A stretch of 53,373 bases of DNA, taken from assembly GCA_002308615.1 (NCBI GenBank), contig DBWC01000015.1:1-53373 (forward strand). The letters run 5' to 3'. Origin of the DNA: Clostridiales bacterium UBA1248. Lineage in GTDB: Bacteria > Bacillota > Clostridia > Oscillospirales > CAG-272. Shown here one piece after another: positions 41,324-50,571 of the stretch. The notes beneath the pieces were generated by a model. It worked only from the letters and a program-made list of their open reading frames with translations, made no database searches and was not told where the DNA came from. Every line of letters begins with the position of its first letter. The first letter of the stretch is position 1. The translations under genes were made by a program, and so were the position numbers.

Positions 41324-44005
41324 TCACTTTCTCTTTATCAGTATTATCACTACGGCGGCCAGGGCGATCACCGCGACGGATACCGCGCAGACAAGCACGA
41401 TAAACGAAGCGGAAACTTCCTCAGTTCCATTACCGTCAGTCTGTGTGTTCTCCGTATCCGTATCTGTCACCGTATCTTCATCGTATACGACGTTTTCTCC
41501 GGCGTAGCCGACGTATAAATAAGCGAATCTGTCGTTAGGCGCGGCGTCGCCCAGGTCCATAAACTCCATCACGTTGCCGGACGTCGTTGAATTATCCGCC
41601 CATTTGAACGTAAAATTCTGAACCTCAGACGCGCCGATAACGCTTTTATCGAGTTTGATCGCCATATACTGTCCGTCGATATAGTATTCCGCTTCACCGA
41701 TCTTTTCAGATTTGAAACCGTCTTTAAAGCGCTCGACGGAGACGGTTTTGTCCGTTCTGCTCCTGTTGAGCACGTAATCGTAGCTTTCCCAGCCGGTCGT
41801 TATATCGCCGTCCGCGTTTATAAACAGGTTCATGAAATTTTCTTTATCGTCCGTTTCTATATCGTAAACGCATTTTGCAAGGAAATACAGATATTTTTCA
41901 TCCTGAGATACCTTGGCGTAGTCAAAATCGTTTCTGCCGGTGCCGTTTACGTATCTGTATTCTGAATCGTAGCTTACGGTATTGCGCAGCGCCGTGTCTC
42001 CTATATTGTCTTTGTATTCGGGTCCCACGCCGTCCCACGTTGATATGTCGCTCAGCTTGATGCTTTTCTGACCGCTCGCCTCCGTCGTTTTGCCTATGCC
42101 TTTGAATTTTCTTATGTAATCACAAATCTGATAGTAGTAGTTGTCGCCGAAGCCTACGCCGTCGCGCAGACGCATTGGCTCCGCGTCGCGGGAGAATTCC
42201 GGGTTGAACTGGTCTATATACATATAGCCTTTAACGGAAGTCTGCGCGAAGAACCTGTTGCTTGATTCGTGGCTGCAGCCGGCTATCCATTCGTTCCAGC
42301 CGGTTATCAGCATAACGGTCGGATCAAAGCTTGTCGCCGCGTTGAACTGGAATTCAAAGCATTTGCCCTCTCCCACGCCTTCAAGGCTGAAGTTGAAATC
42401 GTTGTTTTTCGTATTCGGCTCAACGCCGTTTACGTAGCTTCTGCCCTTGCTTGTCGCGGGATGGTGACCCAAGCATACGGAAAGCTCCTCAAAATTGCCG
42501 TCCGCGTCTCTGCCCTTGCCGCCGTCAACCAAGGAATACGTATCGGTCTTTTGATCGTATCTGTAATCCTGCAGCCAGCTCCAGTAATTGTCCTTATTGC
42601 ACCACGCCCAGTTGCCGCGTACGGTGAAGCCGGAAAGCCATTCCGTACACTCGGCGTTTATGCCCGTCGTGTTTCCGAATATGAGCGGCTTGCCGTCCCA
42701 CATAAAGAACAGCTCCTTGTATTTTTCATAGTTCTGCGACGCGTAGACCGTCTTTTTCAAATGTTCTATATCCTTCTGGAATATGCTCGGCGTATCACCG
42801 CAGAAGAAGCAGATCTGCGGCGTCATTCCGCCCTCTTCTCTTATTTTCAGCCACGTGTCGAACAGCGCAAGATGACCTTTGTCGAACGTCGCGCCGTTTG
42901 ATATGTCAAGGAATATGAAATCGACGCCCGCCGCTTCAAGCATGTACGCGTGCTTTCTGTATACCCACGTATCCGTGTTCAGATAATATCCGAAATAAGG
43001 CTCCGACCAGTACGCCTCGCCGCCGTTGTCCTGCAGATATTTTTTAAGGTTCTGTTTTCCCATGTCGAGATACAGGCTCGTTATATCCTGAACGTGTATG
43101 CCCGCGCCTACCCAGCACAGAAAATAGAACAGACCGACGTACTTTTCGTCCTTCGGGTCGCCCGCCTCGGCGTTCGACGCAACGACTCTTTGAAGATCGT
43201 CCGACGCGGTCCAGGTCGTGTAGTCTATCTGCCTGTCTTCCGTTGAGGGAAGACTCTGGTCGACCTTGTAATTTGTAAATTCCAGATCGTCAATATACCC
43301 GTCGACTCCGCCGTCAAAGCATACGGCGAAATAACCGGAGTTATAAAGCTCACAGCCGTCCGCCGACGCGGCTTCCGCGCCGCTTTTATCGTATACGGAG
43401 AGCTTGCCGTTATCGAGCGTTACGGTGCAGACCGTCCCGCCGTTCAGCTTTAATATCATCTTATCGAGCTTTTCTTCAAAGCGGACTTTCACTTTGTCCG
43501 ACGTCTTTACGCCGGCAGGTATTTCCGCCGATAGTCCCGTGTCTCTTTCGGTCACTTTTATTTTATCTGAGCCGTCAAAGGCAAACCATATACCGCGTCC
43601 GTCGTTAAAGCTGCCGGCTTTAGTCATACGCACGCCGAGCGAGATCACGCCGGACAGCACCTGCATATCAAATTCGACGCAGCCCTCGGAGCGGCCGTAG
43701 TCGTCTCCGACAAAGATGTTTGAGCCAAACGACATAGGCTGCTGTGAAGAATTGCGCAGCACCATGCTTTCCACGTTCATGGATGCTCTGTTGCCTATGG
43801 CAAGATTTTCGTTTCTTACGTACGTACTCATCATCTGCTCGGAAAAGTCGAATTTCAGCACCTGAAGCTTCGCCTTTGCGCTTTTCGGCAAATAGCTTAC
43901 GGGCAGATCCGTATCCGTCTGTGCGGCGTACACGGTTCCCGCCGCTGCAGGCAAAATCAAAAACACCGCAAGCAGAAAACACAGACAGCTTACCGCTTTT
44001 TTCAT
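41324..44005 (-). CDS. Large surface protein: signal peptide, N-terminal beta-sandwich, an unassigned GH-like module paralogous to 28333..31239, and a C-terminal TM anchor
   Basis: 893 aa. Motifs shared with the 968-aa protein are KYVGLFY, YWSEPYFGYY, AGVDFIFLD, TGWNEW, DQFNPEFSRDAEPM, YVNGTGRND and TGWESYDY. The C-terminus is SASFIVLVCAVSVAVIALAAVVIILIKRK. Confidence 0.65.
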   Translation of the reverse strand: MKKAVSCLCFLLAVFLILPAAAGTVYAAQTDTDLPVSYLPKSAKAKLQVLKFDFSEQMMSTYVRNENLAIGNRASMNVESMVLRNSSQQPMSFGSNIFVGDDYGRSEGCVEFDMQVLSGVISLGVRMTKAGSFNDGRGIWFAFDGSDKIKVTERDTGLSAEIPAGVKTSDKVKVRFEEKLDKMILKLNGGTVCTVTLDNGKLSVYDKSGAEAASADGCELYNSGYFAVCFDGGVDGYIDDLEFTNYKVDQSLPSTEDRQIDYTTWTASDDLQRVVASNAEAGDPKDEKYVGLFYFLCWVGAGIHVQDITSLYLDMGKQNLKKYLQDNGGEAYWSEPYFGYYLNTDTWVYRKHAYMLEAAGVDFIFLDISNGATFDKGHLALFDTWLKIREEGGMTPQICFFCGDTPSIFQKDIEHLKKTVYASQNYEKYKELFFMWDGKPLIFGNTTGINAECTEWLSGFTVRGNWAWCNKDNYWSWLQDYRYDQKTDTYSLVDGGKGRDADGNFEELSVCLGHHPATSKGRSYVNGVEPNTKNNDFNFSLEGVGEGKCFEFQFNAATSFDPTVMLITGWNEWIAGCSHESSNRFFAQTSVKGYMYIDQFNPEFSRDAEPMRLRDGVGFGDNYYYQICDYIRKFKGIGKTTEASGQKSIKLSDISTWDGVGPEYKDNIGDTALRNTVSYDSEYRYVNGTGRNDFDYAKVSQDEKYLYFLAKCVYDIETDDKENFMNLFINADGDITTGWESYDYVLNRSRTDKTVSVERFKDGFKSEKIGEAEYYIDGQYMAIKLDKSVIGASEVQNFTFKWADNSTTSGNVMEFMDLGDAAPNDRFAYLYVGYAGENVVYDEDTVTDTDTENTQTDGNGTEEVSASFIVLVCAVSVAVIALAAVVIILIKRK

Positions 44006-44120
44006 ATCGTATAGACCCTTTCTTAAATGAGTTTTTTATATTATATCAAAACAAAAGCCGTTTGTCAACATTACATACGAACTGTTATCATATAATATTA
44101 TAAAGTACACGGGGGATATT

Positions 44121-44636
44121 ATGGAGATTACGGATATTGCGGACAATAAAACGGATACGGACGGCGATATAAAGCGCCGGACTTTTATAAATTATCCTCA
44201 GGTAAAATGCTGCGGCAAGGCGGAAAAGCGCATAAACGCTTTTATTATAAAAATCGTTGACGCGTACAAAAAGGACGCGTCTGCCGCGTCCTCATACAGT
44301 TATCACAGGCTGAAATACCGGGTCTGCCGCCATAAGCCTTTGTCCCTGTTTTTTGAAAGCGAAAGCAGGGGCAAAGACGGCTTGTTTTCATACGCTCCGT
44401 TTTCCGTCACGTTCTCGGAGCACGGTTACGCCGTGCCGCTTTCGCTTGATAAAAAACAAAAACGGAAAGTCAAAAGATATTTTTCGGATAACGGTATCAG
44501 AATTTCATACCGTGATATGAAATACTCGTATTATATTGATAATAACGGTGATACAGTTATATACGCAAAGAAATCTGATAAAAGACGCGCAAAAAGAAGC
44601 GTTGTAGAATATCGTGCCCCTTCATTCGCAGAATGA
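44121..44636 (+). CDS. Hypothetical protein (possibly a DUF4163/DUF3298-like fold; low certainty)
   Basis: 171-aa ORF with basic, protein-like composition. The segment YPQV...EKRINAFI is reminiscent of DUF4163 N-termini. Confidence 0.45.
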   Translation: MEITDIADNKTDTDGDIKRRTFINYPQVKCCGKAEKRINAFIIKIVDAYKKDASAASSYSYHRLKYRVCRHKPLSLFFESESRGKDGLFSYAPFSVTFSEHGYAVPLSLDKKQKRKVKRYFSDNGIRISYRDMKYSYYIDNNGDTVIYAKKSDKRRAKRSVVEYRAPSFAE

Positions 44637-44641
44637 CGTGA

Positions 44642-44674
44642 GGGGACAGGGGGGATGGGGGGTGTGTCGAGGGG
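44642..44674 (+). other. G-quadruplex-forming motif in a convergent intergenic region
   Basis: GGGG-ACA-GGGGGG-AT-GGGGGG-TGTGTCGA-GGGG. Further G-runs and small hairpins follow, including GGCGATC-ATC-GATCGCC. Confidence 0.5.
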
Positions 44675-44775
44675 TTCCCCGTTGCGAACGAACGTGAGCA
44701 ATGGGGGTTCACGAGAGGGGTGGGAATCCCCCGTCGCAGCGGCGATCATCGATCGCCCGTCTTAATTCTGAATTC

Positions 44776-45741
44776 TTAACTCTTCAATTTCTGCATCCGG
44801 ACGTCTCTGCCCGTGAACATATACGGCAGAAATTCACCGAAAAGACGGGAGACAACGCGGTCGTCATACATTGCAAGCAGTTCTGTATGAGATAAATTCG
44901 TATTTATAACGGTCGACAAGCCGGAATTTATCCTTTGGTTCAGCAGACTGTATAAATACGGTACGATGTCCCTGCCGTTCAGCTCCGTGCCGAGATCGTC
45001 TATGACGAGCAGCTCGCACTCGCCGTACTTCGCCGTCTTTGACGGCGTTTTGTCGTCGTTTTTAAAACGCTCGTCGCGGAAATCCGAAAACAGCTTTTCT
45101 GACGGGCAGTAAACGCAGTAATATCCGCGCTCTATGACCTTTTTGATTATTGAAACGGACAGATGCGTCTTGCCCAAGCCCGTGCCGCCGAAAAACAGCA
45201 AAGAACCCGAGCCTGTTCCGGAAAACGATTCGGCGTATTCTCTGGCTTTCCGCAGAACAAGCTCCATATTTGCTCTGTCTTCGCCCGAATAATACGACAG
45301 ATCGAAATTATCAAAGCTCATTTTGCCGCAAAGACCGGCTATACCGGCGGACTCGTACCCGGCTTTGATAAGTTCGGCGCGCATACAACCGCACATTTTG
45401 CCGTCTATGTTTCCCTCGTCGCGGCACAGCGGACATCTGTATTTTATATCAAGATAATCCTCCGGATAGCCGTTTTCGGAAAGCAGTTTTTTCTGACGGC
45501 GTATAAGCTCCTCCGTCTCGTATCTTATATCGGCGAGCCTTTGTTCGTAATTATCCCTGCCTTCAAGCGCGGCGGCGTAGATCTTAGGTCCGGTATCTCC
45601 CAGACTGTCGCATATTTTTTTCATCTCCGGAAGCTTTGAGCATACCTCCGTCTCGCGTCTTTTTAACTGATCCTCCGCGTTTTTCCGGCGCGCCTCAAAG
45701 CTTATCTTTACGTTTTTGTAATCTTCGCGGTTAAATGACAT
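44776..45741 (-). CDS. DnaC/DnaI-like AAA+ helicase loader
   Basis: 321 aa. A zinc-binding-like CPLC...CGC is present, along with Walker A (GGTGLGKTHL) and Walker B (LLVIDDLG). GGAGG lies upstream. Confidence 0.75.
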   Translation of the reverse strand: MSFNREDYKNVKISFEARRKNAEDQLKRRETEVCSKLPEMKKICDSLGDTGPKIYAAALEGRDNYEQRLADIRYETEELIRRQKKLLSENGYPEDYLDIKYRCPLCRDEGNIDGKMCGCMRAELIKAGYESAGIAGLCGKMSFDNFDLSYYSGEDRANMELVLRKAREYAESFSGTGSGSLLFFGGTGLGKTHLSVSIIKKVIERGYYCVYCPSEKLFSDFRDERFKNDDKTPSKTAKYGECELLVIDDLGTELNGRDIVPYLYSLLNQRINSGLSTVINTNLSHTELLAMYDDRVVSRLFGEFLPYMFTGRDVRMQKLKS

Positions 45742-45753
45742 AACGTCCTCCGT

Positions 45754-46740
45754 TTATTTTTTGCCGTAGCTGCGCTTTATGGCAGCTTCCATGAATTCGT
45801 CCGCGTCAAAGCTTTCTGCTTCCTTTGCGGCAGCTTTTTTGCTTTTGACGGATTTCTTCTGCTCAGGTTTGCCTGAAATATCGCCGTCTATCTGTTCCGT
45901 CGTGCGTATGCCCTGCTCGTACCAGCGTTTCATTATGGCGCCCGCGTAGTCGAGCGACGGCTCGTTGATGCTCTTTATCGTAAGCTCATACGCGCGGTTT
46001 ATAACGTTCATATCATATTCGTAGACCTCCGTCCACGTTTTTATAAGAGTTTTCTCGTGCGTGATGAGAGCGCGCTTGCCTATGCCGAACAGATCTCTTA
46101 TCCTCTGTGTTATCTCGTTTTTTCTGCGCTCGCGTTTTATGTATTCGTCGATCGCCTCCGGAGTTGTGATATCCGCGTCAAAAAGGCTGTACGCCGTACG
46201 CTCGACAACTCTGAAAGAAACGGAGCCGTTCACACGGCAGTATTCTATTATTTTTACTATACTTTCCGCGTTCAGCCGCAGATAGTCGTATAATGAAACG
46301 AGTATCATCGCCTCGTTCTGACTTACGGCTTTTCCCGTGAGTCTCGGAACGTCGCTGTTTATTATACGGTGCAGATCGGCGTTGCGCTCTATTATGCCCG
46401 CCGTCTCGTCCTTGCTGTATACCGGGCTGTCCGCCTTTACGCTCGCCTTGCTCTTTTTGGCTTTCGTATCGGTTTCCGGCTGTGATGCGGTCTTATCGTC
46501 CGATACGAAAAATCCGCGCGAGGTAAGCGACGCTATTGCTTCCTCTATCGCCGCCCACTGCATATCGAGCGTTTTTATGGCGTAAGCTCTGTTTGAATCC
46601 GTATCCGCGCGAAACGCCGGATCAAAGCAGACAAACAAAAGCACCTTAAGCTCGTCCGCGGACATGGAGCCGAGATTGCCGGCGACCGCTTCCGCAGGGA
46701 TATTTATTATTGAATCTTTATAATTAAGATTTATTTTCAT
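45754..46740 (-). CDS. DnaD-domain replication initiation / primosome protein
   Basis: 328 aa. Two DnaD-like segments are present: IVKIIEYCRVNG...VERTAYS and INRAYELTI...SLDYAGAIMKRWYEQGIRT. Confidence 0.7.
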   Translation of the reverse strand: MKINLNYKDSIINIPAEAVAGNLGSMSADELKVLLFVCFDPAFRADTDSNRAYAIKTLDMQWAAIEEAIASLTSRGFFVSDDKTASQPETDTKAKKSKASVKADSPVYSKDETAGIIERNADLHRIINSDVPRLTGKAVSQNEAMILVSLYDYLRLNAESIVKIIEYCRVNGSVSFRVVERTAYSLFDADITTPEAIDEYIKRERRKNEITQRIRDLFGIGKRALITHEKTLIKTWTEVYEYDMNVINRAYELTIKSINEPSLDYAGAIMKRWYEQGIRTTEQIDGDISGKPEQKKSVKSKKAAAKEAESFDADEFMEAAIKRSYGKK

Positions 46741-47461
46741 TCTTTTCTCTTTCCTGTTTCAGTGACATCTCATACGTCAGATACATGAGCGAATCCGCCG
46801 TACAGAGGTTTACAACGGGTATACCGAGCTTGTTTTCGTCTATTTCACACGGGCAGAAATTGAAGACGCCTTTTACGCCCGTGCCGTCAAGCAGAGATTC
46901 CAGCTCCGACGGATCGGATGAAGGTATGCACAAAACGGCGATATCTATTTTTCTGCTTTTACAGAACTGTTTAAGAGCGGATACGTCGGATACCGTGTTT
47001 TCGCCTATAACCGTGCCGATAACGTCTTTTGATATATCAAACACGCCCTTGACCCAGACGCCGCGCTGTTCGAGAAGCAGACTGTTTGACAGCGCTTTTC
47101 CGAGGTTGCCCGCGCCTATGATCACCGCGGTATATTTTTTGCCGACGCCGAGCCGCTCGCTTATCCCCGAATAAAGCCGCTTTACGTTATAACCGTAGCC
47201 GCGCTGACCGAGGCCTCCGAAATATTTAAGATCCTGCCGCAGCTGCGGCGCGCTTACGCCGGTTATATTTGATAGCTCATTTGACGATATTTTCATAACG
47301 TCGCGGTTCAAAAGCTCCCGCAGGCAGCGGAAATAACGCGGCAGTCTTCTTATGACCGCGTCGGGTATTTCATCCCCCGCGCGCGAAACCGTCATATCAG
47401 CTATCGCGGGGATGCCGATTATATCGAGATCTTCTTCATATGACTCTTTTTTTCTTCTCAT
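46724..47461 (-). CDS. rex: Redox-sensing transcriptional repressor Rex
   Basis: Matching segments are IPDAVIRRLPRYFRCLREL, LRQDLKYFGGLGQRGYGYNV and the Rossmann motif IIGAGNLGKAL. ATG 47461 shares one nt with the upstream TGA; the internal ATG 47395 (MTVSRAG) is an alternative start. Confidence 0.85.
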   Translation of the reverse strand: MRRKKESYEEDLDIIGIPAIADMTVSRAGDEIPDAVIRRLPRYFRCLRELLNRDVMKISSNELSNITGVSAPQLRQDLKYFGGLGQRGYGYNVKRLYSGISERLGVGKKYTAVIIGAGNLGKALSNSLLLEQRGVWVKGVFDISKDVIGTVIGENTVSDVSALKQFCKSRKIDIAVLCIPSSDPSELESLLDGTGVKGVFNFCPCEIDENKLGIPVVNLCTADSLMYLTYEMSLKQEREKNENKS

Positions 47462-48624
47462 CAAAGCTGCTCCGCAACGTACTGCGCGTATTCATCGCAG
47501 GTCGCTCCCGTGTCTCTGCCGGTTATGACGAGTTTTCTGTCCTCGTGCATGCAGAAATCAAGCGCCTTCGTAAGTCTTTCCGCCTCGTTCTGTTTGCCTA
47601 TGTGGTTCAACAGCATCGCCGTGGCGCGGAGCATCGAGCAGGGATCGGCGTATTTTGCTCTTCCCTCTTCGACCATTCTCGGAGCCGAGCCGTGTATCGC
47701 CTCGAACATCGCGTAGCGTTTGCCTATGTTAGCCGAGCCCGCAGTGCCGACGCCGCCCTGAAATTCCGCCGCCTCGTCCGTGATTATATCGCCGTAGAGG
47801 TTGGGCAAAATGAACACTTCAAAATCTCTTCTGCGCTTTTCGTCAACGAGCTTTGCGGTCATTATGTCGATAAACCACTCGTCAGTCTGTATCTCCGGGT
47901 ATTCTTTGCCTATCTCTTTGCAGATATTCAGGAATTTTCCGTCCGTCGTCTTTATAACGTTTGCTTTTGTGACGATAGATACGCGCTTTTTGCCGTTTTT
48001 GCGCGCGAATTCATACGCCAGCCGAGCTATTCTTTCCGTGCCCTCGGTCGTCGTTACGCAGAAATCGACCGCCAGATCGTCGGATACGTTTATGCCCTTG
48101 CTTCCGACGGCGTAAGAGCCCTCCGTGTTTTCGCGGAAGAACGTCCAGTCTATGCCCTGCGCCGGAACTTTAACGGGGCGTACGTTTGCAAACAGATCGA
48201 GTTTTTTTCTCATCATAACGTTTGCACTCTCTATATTGGGCAGACCGTCGCCGGCGTGCGGCGTCGTAGTCGGACCTTTCAGAATAACGTGGCAGCCGTA
48301 AAGCGTATCAAGCACGTCGTCCGGTATCGCCTTGCCGCAGGCTATCCTGTTCTCTATTGTGAGACCGTCTATATTTTTTATTTCTATTCTTCCACTGTCT
48401 ATATCATCCTTTAACAGAGCGCGCAAAACCTTTTCCGACGCCGCGGTGATGGTCGGACCTATACCGTCTCCGCCGCATACGCCTATAACGAGCCTGTCAA
48501 GTTTATCGTAATCCGTAAAGTCTTTTATTCTCTTGATATCGTCCGCTCTCTGCAGCTGTTCGTACATGAGCGCCCTGTATTTTTCGACAGCCGCCTCGAC
48601 CTGTGAGTCGTATTTGTTTTCCAT
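47461..48624 (-). CDS. Isocitrate/isopropylmalate dehydrogenase family enzyme, isocitrate-dehydrogenase-like
   Basis: The start was set to ATG 48624 (MENKYD) after GGAGG; the track start is a TTG 27 nt upstream. Motifs are GDGIGPT, SANVMMRKKLDLFANVRP and NLYGDIITDEAA. Confidence 0.75.
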   Translation of the reverse strand: MENKYDSQVEAAVEKYRALMYEQLQRADDIKRIKDFTDYDKLDRLVIGVCGGDGIGPTITAASEKVLRALLKDDIDSGRIEIKNIDGLTIENRIACGKAIPDDVLDTLYGCHVILKGPTTTPHAGDGLPNIESANVMMRKKLDLFANVRPVKVPAQGIDWTFFRENTEGSYAVGSKGINVSDDLAVDFCVTTTEGTERIARLAYEFARKNGKKRVSIVTKANVIKTTDGKFLNICKEIGKEYPEIQTDEWFIDIMTAKLVDEKRRRDFEVFILPNLYGDIITDEAAEFQGGVGTAGSANIGKRYAMFEAIHGSAPRMVEEGRAKYADPCSMLRATAMLLNHIGKQNEAERLTKALDFCMHEDRKLVITGRDTGATCDEYAQYVAEQL

Positions 48625-48744
48625 AATTCCCTTTGCCTCCGGATTTAACAATTATTTAACATTTTATATGTTGTGAGTTAATATGTCCTTTTTCGGTGTC
48701 CTGAAATAGTTTTTCTGTATAATTAGTCTCGTTAAGTATTTTAA

Positions 48745-49055
48745 TTATCCGCGTTAACTGAATAATTATCACACAAGGTAATCCACAAATTCCACAGGGT
48801 TATCCACAGTTTTTACGTTACCCGCGGTTTTCAAACCCTTGTAAAAGCCTTATTTAACGCTATTTTCATTATTTTTTGCCTTTTTTATGTGGAAAATTTC
48901 AAACCGCCGTTTTTAATGAAAGTTTGTGAAATTTTATACCGCCGCGCCGTTCACAAGGCTGAACAAGGCGGTTTTCGGCGCGACCTCTGTTACAATTTGT
49001 TCACAATAAAGGTTGATAAAACAGTACAAAATTCGCGCTGTGATTTTGTGAAAAA
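48745..49055. promoter_or_regulatory. DnaA-box cluster, AT-rich, between the tsaD 3' end and the 5' end of the IDH-like operon
   Basis: A perfect TTATCCACA lies at 48800-48808. One-mismatch matches to TTATNCACA lie at 48779-48787, 48888-48896 (reverse complement), 48997-49005 and 49047-49055 (reverse complement). Weaker cores lie at 48745-48753 and 48788-48796. Confidence 0.6.
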
Positions 49056-49103
49056 TAAACCAAATTTTTTTATTTTTCAAATGCCTCTTGACAGCGATTT
49101 TGC

Positions 49104-50132
49104 TTAATAGCTTTTCCAGTCGTCTTTTGACGACGGTTTCCCGTCAAGGCTCATATCGGAGTGCGCGCCCGCCTCATACTCGTATTTCGCGGCGGCGGCT
49201 ATCATCGCCCCGTTGTCTCCGCACAGCGAAAGCGGCGGCATGTGAAGCGTTACGCCGTTTTTTTCGCAGTACTGTGTCAAGGCGGCTCTTAAATGCGAGT
49301 TTGCAAGCACGCCGCCCGCGGCGAGCAGCGTTTTTATTCCGCTTTCCTTCAAAGCCCGGTCAAGCTGATATATGACGGATCCGCATATGACCTTTGTAAG
49401 CGAAGCGCAGACGTCTTCTCTGCTTATCGGTTCGTTTTTCATCTCCGCGGTGTTGAGCAGATTTATTATATACGTTTTAAGACCCGACAGAGAAAAGTTA
49501 TACGAGCCGTCCTTCATATGGACGGCGGGAAGCTTGTACGCGTTCGGGTCGCCCTTTGCGGCGAGCCTGTCCATCTCCGCGCCGCAGGGGTAAGACAGCC
49601 CCATCCTGCGCCCTATTTTGTCAAAAGCCTCGCCCACCGCGTCGTCAAGCGTGCGGCCGACGGTCTCAAAATCCGTATATGACGAAGCCTTGATCATAGA
49701 AGTATGACCGCCCGACGCGACGAACGCCATAAACGGCGTCTGTACTTTACCGCACAGATAATTCGCGGCGACGTGACCTTTTATGTGATTTACGCCGAGC
49801 AGCGGTTTGTCAAACGAATACGCGAAGCCCTTTGCGAAATTTACGCCGACAAGAAGCGCGCCGATAAGTCCCGGCTCTGTCGTCACCGCCACGCGGTCGA
49901 TCTGCTCCGGCGTTATGCCGGCGTCCGCTATCGCTTTATACGTAAGCGACGAGATCGCCTCTATATGCGCGCGGCTCGCTATTTCAGGTACCACGCCGCC
50001 GAATTTGGCGTGGACGTCCACCTGCGACGCAATTACGTTTGATAAAATTTTGAATTCATCCACACCGTCAGGCGACTCGACGACGGCGACCGCCGTTTCG
50101 TCACAGGACGATTCTATTGATAGATACAGCAT
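49104..50132 (-). CDS. tsaD: tRNA N6-adenosine threonylcarbamoyltransferase
   Basis: 342 aa. Matching segments are ESSCDETAVAVV, ASGGHT and CGDNGAMIA. Confidence 0.9.
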   Translation of the reverse strand: MLYLSIESSCDETAVAVVESPDGVDEFKILSNVIASQVDVHAKFGGVVPEIASRAHIEAISSLTYKAIADAGITPEQIDRVAVTTEPGLIGALLVGVNFAKGFAYSFDKPLLGVNHIKGHVAANYLCGKVQTPFMAFVASGGHTSMIKASSYTDFETVGRTLDDAVGEAFDKIGRRMGLSYPCGAEMDRLAAKGDPNAYKLPAVHMKDGSYNFSLSGLKTYIINLLNTAEMKNEPISREDVCASLTKVICGSVIYQLDRALKESGIKTLLAAGGVLANSHLRAALTQYCEKNGVTLHMPPLSLCGDNGAMIAAAAKYEYEAGAHSDMSLDGKPSSKDDWKSY

Positions 50133-50569
50133 TACAGATCCTTATCAAGCAGCACGGCGTCTTCTTTCGGCGCCGTATAATAACCGCGTCTCGTGCCGAC
50201 GCGCAAAAACCCGTTTTTCTCATATAAAGACAAAGCGGCGGTATTGGAAGCTCTTACCTCGAGACAAAGGTTTGACAGTCCTCTTTTCCTGCCGGCGTCG
50301 GATAACGCCTCTATCAGCGCGGACGCAACGCCGCGCCGTCTGTATTCGGGAAAAACGGCTACGTTGTTTACCATTCCGAGCCCGCATACGGAATACATAC
50401 CGGCGTATCCGGCAAGCTTGCCGTCGACGTAAGCGGTAAAATAATCGGAATATTTCAGTGATGCGGAATCAAGCAGCGCCTGCTCGCTCCACGGGGATGA
50501 AAAGCAGAGCTGCTCCAGCTCTGCGATCTCATGCGAGTCTTCCGCTTTGAAAGGCAAAATACTGATCAC
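50132..50569 (-). CDS. rimI: Ribosomal-protein-alanine N-acetyltransferase (GNAT)
   Basis: 145 aa. The GNAT motif A is VFPEYRRRGVASALI. Its stop overlaps the tsaD start (TAATG). Confidence 0.75.
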   Translation of the reverse strand: MISILPFKAEDSHEIAELEQLCFSSPWSEQALLDSASLKYSDYFTAYVDGKLAGYAGMYSVCGLGMVNNVAVFPEYRRRGVASALIEALSDAGRKRGLSNLCLEVRASNTAALSLYEKNGFLRVGTRRGYYTAPKEDAVLLDKDL

Positions 50570-50571
50570 CG

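Noticed and set aside
48652-49103. Chromosomal replication origin (oriC)
   Set aside because: DnaA boxes are present, but there is no dnaA, dnaN or rpmH nearby. Gene orientation does not switch here either: genes on both sides stay on the minus strand. It is reported as a DnaA-box cluster or regulatory region instead.
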